DNA from: Eledone cirrhosa
Taxonomy: Eukaryota
Length of the DNA stretch: 64,000 bases
Direction: 5' to 3'
NCBI GenBank assembly: GCA_964016885.1
Contig: OZ024742.1
Location: 53,692,001 to 53,756,000 of the forward strand
Shown: one piece after another, positions 56,155 to 64,000 of the stretch
Position numbering within the stretch: position 1 is the first letter of the stretch
Layout: the number at the start of each line of letters is the position of its first letter
Position numbers and translations under genes: made by a program
Notes under the pieces: generated by a model
Seen by the model: the letters and a program-made list of their open reading frames with translations, nothing else
What the model was told of the DNA's origin: nothing
The model's database searches: none

Positions 56155-59100
56155 AGAATACAAAAAATAAACATTTCCAACATACCACCCAAATTTAACG
56201 TCTGGTGGATTCTGGCAGTGTTCTTGGAGGAAGATGAAGACACAATACTGTCGATTCAAAAATCCACAAGAAACACCTGGAACGGCACAAGCTGGAAATG
56301 TTGGTCCAAATGAAACCGGACAGAATTTCCAAGATACCAGAAAGAGTGCCAGTAGACAATACAAACTATATACACATTTCAGCAGAAGGTGAAAAGACGA
56401 CATTGTTTTAAATGCGCAAGCACATCGCATTTAAAGGCCTCCTGTCCCCTTTAACCCCCCCCCCCCCACACACACACTCCAAACGTACTTTTACCAACAC
56501 CAACACCAAAACCACAACAACAACAAAAACACACAAAACAAGCAAACACACAAAAACAAACAACAGCTCAACCACAAACAACAGAAAATACACAAACAAT
56601 TGCCCTGAAAAACACAGTCCCACCCATCCCATTCCATCCAACACTACCACAATCACACACACCGAAACACCATCACCACACAACATACCCCTCCCACACG
56701 CCCCTGATGACGATTCATCGTCAGACGAGACTACTTCTCCATCTCCAAGTGAAGATGAAGGAGAGCCTCGGAAATCAAAAAAACAAAAAAAGAGACACCG
56801 CAAAGCCACATAAACAACAATCACCAACACAAACAACAACACCAACGCCACCCCAAACACAAATGCCCACCACAAAAAGAAAACTACAAAATGAACAACA
56901 AACCAAAACAACACAACAAAACTGATAAGGGTTTCGATAGAAACCTACCAGAAACTAAAGGAACAATTTTCGCAGGACGTCGGAAACCCCTGCCAAAAAC
57001 CCATAAACCGCGTCCTATTGAAACGTTTCCCCACCCCACTCAACACCCCAAATAACACCCCAAATAACACCCCAAATAACACCCAAATGAAGATTGAACA
57101 ACCCAATCTCCAGGAAACGAAAAGGTAAGTGCACATTTTCGTCCTTAGAGAAAAACAAAACAGAAACAGAACTAGTAGCCAAGGTAGAGGAGCCGCTTAG
57201 GAGTGGTAACACAGCTAGAGTGCTAGCAGCGAAAACGGCACTGGACCAGTTTTTTGACGCGAAACACGAAGGCTGCGTGGTCAGAAGTAAATCACGTGCT
57301 CTGGGAAACGAGGGAGCAAAACCTGTTAGCTGGACCCGAGTGGCAGAGGCGAAACGTGGAAACAAGTCCACGATTCGGTCTTTGAAAGACCAAAACGGAC
57401 GGGTCCTACTTGACTCCAAGCGGATGTGCGCGGCTTTTCAGGGGCAATGGACTTCGGTTCATACCTCGATGGCCTACCGCGCCTCTCGAGCATGGACGCC
57501 GAGTTCTGCGAAAGACCGATCACAGCCACTGAGATACGGGACGTTCTGGGCCGCTGCGGGAAACGCAAATCATCCGGTCTAGATGACCCTATGAGTTTTA
57601 CATAGGCATGCCGGACTTGTTCTCTGGCGTCCTCGAAGCCGTCTACTGCAACTGCAAGCAGAACGGCGCTTGTCGTCGAGGACCTGGTAGGGAAAGCGCA
57701 AACGTGAGGAATCCCGACCAGGTCCATACACGACAACCTCCAATGCATGCGATACATCATAGAGAGGGTGGGGTTTAAACCCGGCTCCGGTGGGGCTCTG
57801 ATCAATTTAGATCAGTCTAAGGCATTCGATAGGGTCGACCATCGATACTTGAAAGAGGTTCTCAAGTCGGTCGGTTTCGGACTCGTCTTCAGAGGCTTGA
57901 TCAAAGCAATGCACACCAACATCTGCTCCACGGTCAAGGTGAACGGCTACCTATCGGAGCCATTCGCAATCACGCGTTCCATCCGATGGGGATGCCCTCT
58001 CTCCTCCATTCTGTACGTACTGACTCTAGAGCCACTACTGCGGAAGTTGGAGCTTCTGCAGGGCATCCCGTGGGAACCAGGACTGCGGAAAGCGGCGTCG
58101 GCTTATGCCGACGACGTGACAGTAATGGTGTCGGAAAACTCGGAAATCAGGGCGATCCGCAACTTACTGCAGGAATACGAAAGGCTCACAGGAGCAAAAC
58201 TGAACCAGGACAAGTCTGTCGGTTTGCAACTCGGAACGTGGAGAGGCAAACGGATGTCGTCGGACGCTGGACGGAAGGACCGGGGTGGAGAAAAACTGGA
58301 ACGATGTCACAGCCAAGGTATTTGCGCTCACCCAGAAGTGGGCAGAGTGCAAACTATCATTGAAAGGTCGAGCGGAGGTGGCGAACACTTTCATAGCGTC
58401 CGTCATCTACTACCGCTTGACCGTCGTGCCTTGTCCCCGCGAACAACCCACCAAGATGGAATGCATGCTCTTCCAGTTCCTTTGGAAGAAACAGGCTCCG
58501 CTGGTGAGGAGATCCGTCAGCGGAGGGCTGGGAATGACGTAGCTGATGATGCGCAAACATGCGCTCAGGCTACAGCATCTCCAGGCATTCTCACCGACCA
58601 ACCAGTGTGGGCACCGTTTGTGAGAGAGGCCTTCCCGCAACTTGTCTCGCTGACGGAGCTGTAGTCCTGGATCAAGCGGAGACCGAAAAATATGGGCGCC
58701 TGGCACATTAAATGCGCTCAGGCGCTCACTGTCCTCTGTCAAGCGGGCACAGCAATCAGTGGAGACTCCACTTCGACATTCTATAGAGGGTTAGTACGTC
58801 ACAAGGGCGACGACGTGCTCGGATAGACTCTGGGTGTCGAAGACGATGAGCTCACCAGTATGTTTGGTAGGACTTTCCGCCCTGGACCTATGGACAACTT
58901 CCAGAGATCCCTGGCCTGGCAGTGCTACCGAGGATCTCTACCAGTTCGTGACAAGATCTACAGGCACGGACGCCCCGGCAGGAATCCTTCCAAGAATACG
59001 TGTCCAAAAGGCGAGCAGGACATTGAAACCGTCTTGCACGCAATTGTACACTGCCCGGGCGTAACCGACCTGTGGAACTATGCAGAACAACTGCTGTCGC

Positions 59101-59640
59101 GTATGGGAAAAATCTAGTTGACTGCCGAGTCCATAGTAAGGATCAAACCGCCAACTTCTTTCAAAAACGAAAGAGAGGCGGTTTTCCTCTGTACGGTGGC
59201 TATGTTGAAAGAGGTTATATGGTGGACGAGATTGAGAGGACTGAGGACAGACGCCGTTCTCTCCGGACAACAATTGATTCTCTTCTTTAGGTACCACTTT
59301 AGAAGGAGAATGAGAGTGGAGAGAGAGGCACTGCACCCCAGTAAATTTACTGATAGGTAGGTGAATGAAGCAAAAATGACCCGAGTGATTGGGCCTTCTC
59401 TGTTTATAAGATTAAAGAAGAGAGCAAAAGGAAGGGAGCACTTGCACAACACGCTCCTGAAGTTGGGGGTTGTTCTATTGACAGGGTATTAAACAACCCA
59501 TTTGTGACGTTTCCTCCTATTAGGGATTTCGATTGTTATAATTGTTTGTTTTATATTTTTTACACGACTGTATGTAAAATCCCCGGCATGTGTCGTTGTA
59601 TTGTCCCCCTTTCTTGTGCGCCCTTGTGGCATATAAATCT
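56155..59640 (+). mobile_element. Third Tx1 copy, degenerate, with the APE domain deleted
   Basis: ORF1 remnant, then a jump at ~57143 (CCTT microhomology) to sequence matching 45882; RT with YADD; ends ATAAATCTATCTATC. Confidence 0.88.
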
Positions 59641-59654
59641 ATCTATCTATCTAA

Positions 59655-61017
59655 CGTTGGCAGGGGCAAGACTAAACCCGAACAAGTCTGTCGGTTTGCA
59701 ACTCGGCACATGGAGAGGCAAACCCATCCCGTCCGTCAGCGTCATTGGACGTTGGATGGAAGGACCGGTGAAATTGCTCGGGGTTTGGTTTGGTCCAGAC
59801 CTCCAGGTTCACAAAAACTGGAACGAGGTCACGGCAAAGGTGTTTGCACTCACCCACCCTGTAGTGGACCGAGTGCACCCCCGAAAAAGTCGAGTGGAGG
59901 TCGTGAACACTTACATAGCGTCGGTCATCTACTACCGCTTGGCAGTTGTGCCTTGTCTCCGCGATCACCTCACCAAATTGGAACGTCTTTTCTTCAAGTT
60001 CCTTTGGAAGAAACAGGCTCCGTTGGTGAGGATATCCATCTGCTGCCAACACCCTTTTAACGGAGGGCTAGGCATACCGTGGCTGATGATGCGCAAACTC
60101 GCGCTGAGGCTATGCCATCTCCAGGTATTCCTGACCGGTGAATCGGTGTGGTTGTCGTTTGTGAGACGAGCTTCTCCACAATTCGTCCCCCTAACAGAGC
60201 TGCAGTCCTAGGTGAAGCGAAGACCGAAAATGGGCACCTGGTACCTGGAGTGCCTTCAGGCGCTCATAGCCCTCTACCAAGCGGAAACAGCAATCAGCGG
60301 AAACTCCACGTCGACTTTCTATGGGGGATTAATGGACGTTAAGTGTGACGACGTTCTCGGGGAAACTCTAGGCATCGAAGAGGACAAACTGACCAGTCTG
60401 TTCGGGAGGACTTTCCGTCCATGGCCTATGGATAACTTCCTGAGGTCTCTGGCCTGGTAGTGCTACTGTTGAACTCTACGAGTTCGAGAAATAATCTACA
60501 GGCACGGACGCCCTGGTAGGGATACTATCAAAAGGACCTGTCCAAGATGCGAGCAGTACATTGAAACCGTTCTGCACGCAATTGTTCAGTGCCCAGGGGT
60601 AACCGACCTGTGGAATTATGTCGAACAGCTACTGTCACATCTGGGACGCATCCAGTTGTCAGCCGAGTCCATCGTGAGGATCACCCCACAGCATTCGACT
60701 GGTGGCTATGGCGAAAGAGATAATATGGTGGACGTGGTTAAAAGGACTGAGGGCAAACTCCTTCTTCTCCGGCCAACAACTCGTCACATTCTTTAAATAC
60801 CACTTCAGAAGGAAGGTGAGAGTGGAGAGGGAAGTGCTACACTTCAGTAAATTCGCTGAAAGGTGGGTAAATGTGGCGAAAATGGCCCGAGTGAATGGGA
60901 CTTTTCTGTATATAAATATAAACCTGTAGGCTGAGGAAGACAAAAGAGGGAAGAGAGGAACACCTAGAAAACGTGCTCCTGTGTTTGAGGATTGTTCTAT
61001 CTACAGGGTGTTAAACA
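59655..61017 (+). mobile_element. Fourth Tx1 copy, 5'-truncated and degenerate
   Basis: GARLNPNKSVGLQLG..GPVKLLGVWFG..; starts right after (ATCT)n. Confidence 0.85.
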
Positions 61018-61022
61018 GCCAT

Positions 61023-61118
61023 GCAGTAACATATCCCAGTGCCCCAATAATCACAGGCATAAATCTGAAGGTGTAATCAGGGTGGAGTATCTGCAGATTT
61101 CTCATCAGTTCTGCATAA
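61023..61118 (-). mobile_element. Short R4/Dong RLE-coding fragment
   Basis: [30 protein letters not shown], matching 62053-62147; same start as 31089-31146. Confidence 0.75.
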
Positions 61119-61202
61119 TGTATGTATGTATGTATGTATGTATGTATGTATGTATGTATGTATGTATGTATGTATGTATGTATGTATGTATGTATGTATG
61201 TA

Positions 61203-61619
61203 TCACCGGGAGAGATGACCCCTTAGCCTTTGTCAAGGCAGAATTCTAGGAGAAGGAAAACTCTGATATAACACCTGCAACCCTGATGGTATCCAATGAT
61301 GTAGACTTGTTCTTCTTTTTGGTAAATATTATCTTGGTTAAGAGAGTAGGACTGGCTTTGTGCAGTGCCTTTGCTCACAATAAAAGCCTCACGGCACAGG
61401 CATTGCTTTATATCTGGAGATCTCTCTGCACTTGTCGTCACATAGTACCATGGGCCCAACACTATGTGTCAATAATTGTCACAAGTGTAGTGTTTGTACC
61501 AGAGTTTTCAAGTCGCTGGCTGGAATGAAAAGTCACACTCGTTCAGTGCATCGGTAGGGGGTTCTCCTACATGGATATAAAGTAGTGGCCGTATTCGAAA
61601 ACGAGTCGGCAGTTACCAT
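61203..61619 (+). mobile_element. Bipartite RTE-derived element, 5'-truncated, between (TATG)n tracts
   Basis: Identity to 1764-2180. Confidence 0.78.
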
Positions 61620-61703
61620 GTATGTATGTATGTATGTATGTATGTATGTATGTATGTATGTATGTATGTATGTATGTATGCATGTATGTATGTATGCATG
61701 TAT

Positions 61704-63140
61704 GTTCTTCTGGTTTTATAATTTCACAAATTTTTGCCAATAGACATAATACTCTCTCATTGGAACTTACACAACATCAACTAGGTAGATATGTCTGCAT
61801 GTCTGCATGCATGCATGTGTAGATATGGATGCTATTGGGTGGATGTGTATGTTTTGAGTTGTATGTGTGCATGTGTATATGCTTAGTATCTGTACAAGTG
61901 TATATGCAGTTATTAGATTTTATCTGTACACGTGTATATGCAGTTACTAGATTTTACTGTTCCATTAATGAATTGTACGTGTAATTTCCTAACTAGTTGT
62001 GTTCTTTCTGTTCCTGTGCCGCCCAGCTTCTCAAGATTTGTATTGAGGCAGTTACTAACATACCCCAGTGCCCCAATGATCACAGGCATAAATCTGAAGG
62101 TGTAATCAGAGTGGAGTATCTGCAGATTTCTCATCAGTTCTGCATAAATAATCTCCTTTTCGGTAATCTTTGATAATATATTGGTATCTGCTGGATAGCT
62201 AACTTTCACTACTGTGCATGCCTTCTTTTCCTTGTCCCATATCATAATGTCTGGTCTGTTATGCCTGCATTTTATTGGGACTTTTACTGGAACATTCCAC
62301 CAATACTCTTTCATATTATGTATATGTATGTTTTCTACATTGCTGTAGCTTTTAATGAGTTTATTATCGGGGCTATCTTTTCTACGGATTTCATTGTACA
62401 GTGTTTTGGCCACTACATCATGCCTCATAGGTAGATAGAACCGCGATGACATCTTTGGACAGCTGCTGATGACATAGGTGATATCCTCGATGTTAGTTCT
62501 GCAGAGTCTGCACTTGTTATCACATCTAGGTGTTTTGCCTGCATCCCTATCTCTTTTGTGAATCAGGTATTTCGTGTTGATTTCCTATTCTTGGAATGCA
62601 AAAGCGTATCCTTGAAAGTGGGAGCCAATATAGCGGTTGTTGATCCAAGATAGACTACTTTCTTTATCTATATTACTTTCACTCTGGAGTTTCCTGGCAA
62701 CATATCCATGCATGATATTTTGCTGATGCAGTTTTTCATACATGGATTCACTGCGATACTGCTGAGCGACTTCCTTGGGTGTGAGTTTTTGATTATCACA
62801 GGGAATACCTCTCGAGCAGTTTCTGCCCAACTCTCATGATCTTATCTATTTCATGCAGATATACTTGCTCGAGAGACGGGCACCTACGCTCCGAGGTTCG
62901 TAGATGTTGTCGGAGGGATATGATGCGACAAACAAATGCTGTCTGGACTGATGTTAGGCCTCTGCCTCCCTGCTTACGTTTCAAGTAAAGGCGGTCTATG
63001 TCATTGTTGATGTGGAAGTTTCCGGTGTTGTTTAGTATTTTTCGAGTTCTAATATCAATCGCTCGGATTTCGTCTATCGTGCAATTGAGTATTCCAAACG
63101 TTGGTGTTAGGACAGGCACAGCAAACACATTGTGAGCCAC
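61704..63140 (-). mobile_element. R4/Dong-clade element 3' part (RT end, zinc-knuckle remnant, restriction-like endonuclease, 3'UTR) ending in (CATA)n
   Basis: RLYLKRKQGGRGL; CRLC..EDITYVISSC; RHDVV..NRPDIMIWDK..K..Y..PVIIGALG. Confidence 0.88.
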
Positions 63141-64000
63141 CTCCGACATCTTCCCAACCCCACCACTCCCCTCCTTCAAACGCGCACGCAATCTCCGCAC
63201 CCTCCTCGTCCACAGCTCCCTACCCCCCAACCCACGCTCCCCCCGGTTCCTTTCCCTGTTCTAGGCCCCGCTGCAACACCTGTCCCCACATCACGAACAC
63301 CACCACCTTCCAGGGTCCCAACGGCCACTCTCTCTCTGTTCGGCATGCCTTCCGCTGCACCTCCTCCAACCTAGTCTACGGACTTATATCGGACAGACGG
63401 GACGTCGCCTGGCGGGCCGATTCACTGAGCACCTCCGGGATATTCGTCTCGGTGGTAGTTCCCCCATCGCCCGCCACTTTGGTGCCCCTGGACATTCTGC
63501 ACGCCATCTCACAGTCTGTGGCCTACTCCAATGCCACGGAACACCCGCCAATCTCCTTAGAGTCGAACAAAGAACTATCTTCATCTTACAGACCCACACT
63601 CCTCCCGGCCTGAACTCCCCACCCTTATTCCTTTAGCCTTCGACCGCCCCCCTCCCCCCACACTTATCCCCCACTAACACCACTAACACACCCCTCCTTT
63701 TCACCGCCCACCCCACAACTAACAATACTAACACCTCCACTGCACCCTTCATCCGACCATCCTTCCCCAACTAACATACTAACATCCCTCCCTTCTTCTC
63801 CTCCCCCCTCCTTATCACACGCGCACACCCACCGACACATATATACACGCGCTCACACAAAACACACACCCTACTACCACCACTAACCCTCACACCCACA
63901 CCTCCATCCCACCACCCCGCAACTAACCTCACTAACACCCCCTAACCCCAAGCACACGAACACACGCACCCACTTACACCACCCACCCCACACGCAACTA
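63141..64000 (+). mobile_element. Neptune-type PLE 3' fragment (GIY-YIG plus C/A-rich 3' region) interrupting the R4 element
   Basis: FKRARNLRTLLVHS; CSRPRCNTC; CTSSNLVY; YIGQTGRRLAGRFTEHLRDI..PIARHF..H..EQRTI..PPGLN. Confidence 0.85.

Overview
AT-rich, microsatellite-dense eukaryotic DNA with no recognisable host gene. The SINE and microsatellite content suggests a coleoid cephalopod such as octopus, which is an inference. The window is almost entirely nested transposable elements: R4/Dong-type (RT + restriction-like endonuclease) fragments, a bipartite non-autonomous RTE family, at least five Penelope-like elements (PLEs; Hydra-type and Neptune-type GIY-YIG), a head-to-tail array of Tx1-clade LINEs in (ATCT)n, a Helitron that cleanly splits a PLE ORF, a mariner relic, a hAT MITE, many tRNA-derived SINEs and a 1.9-kb homogeneous (TGAAAAA)n array. 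The most striking unannotated signal is RNA structure. About 20 type-I hammerhead ribozyme motifs from roughly 10 distinct sequence families can be read by eye. They lie in PLE pseudo-LTRs, in 470-520-bp tandem non-coding units (retrozyme-like) and near the apex of many foldback palindromes embedded in (TA)n. Each retroelement class also appears to occupy its own microsatellite. Coordinates were read manually (a few bp of error, more at element edges) and all folds were done by eye, not computed.
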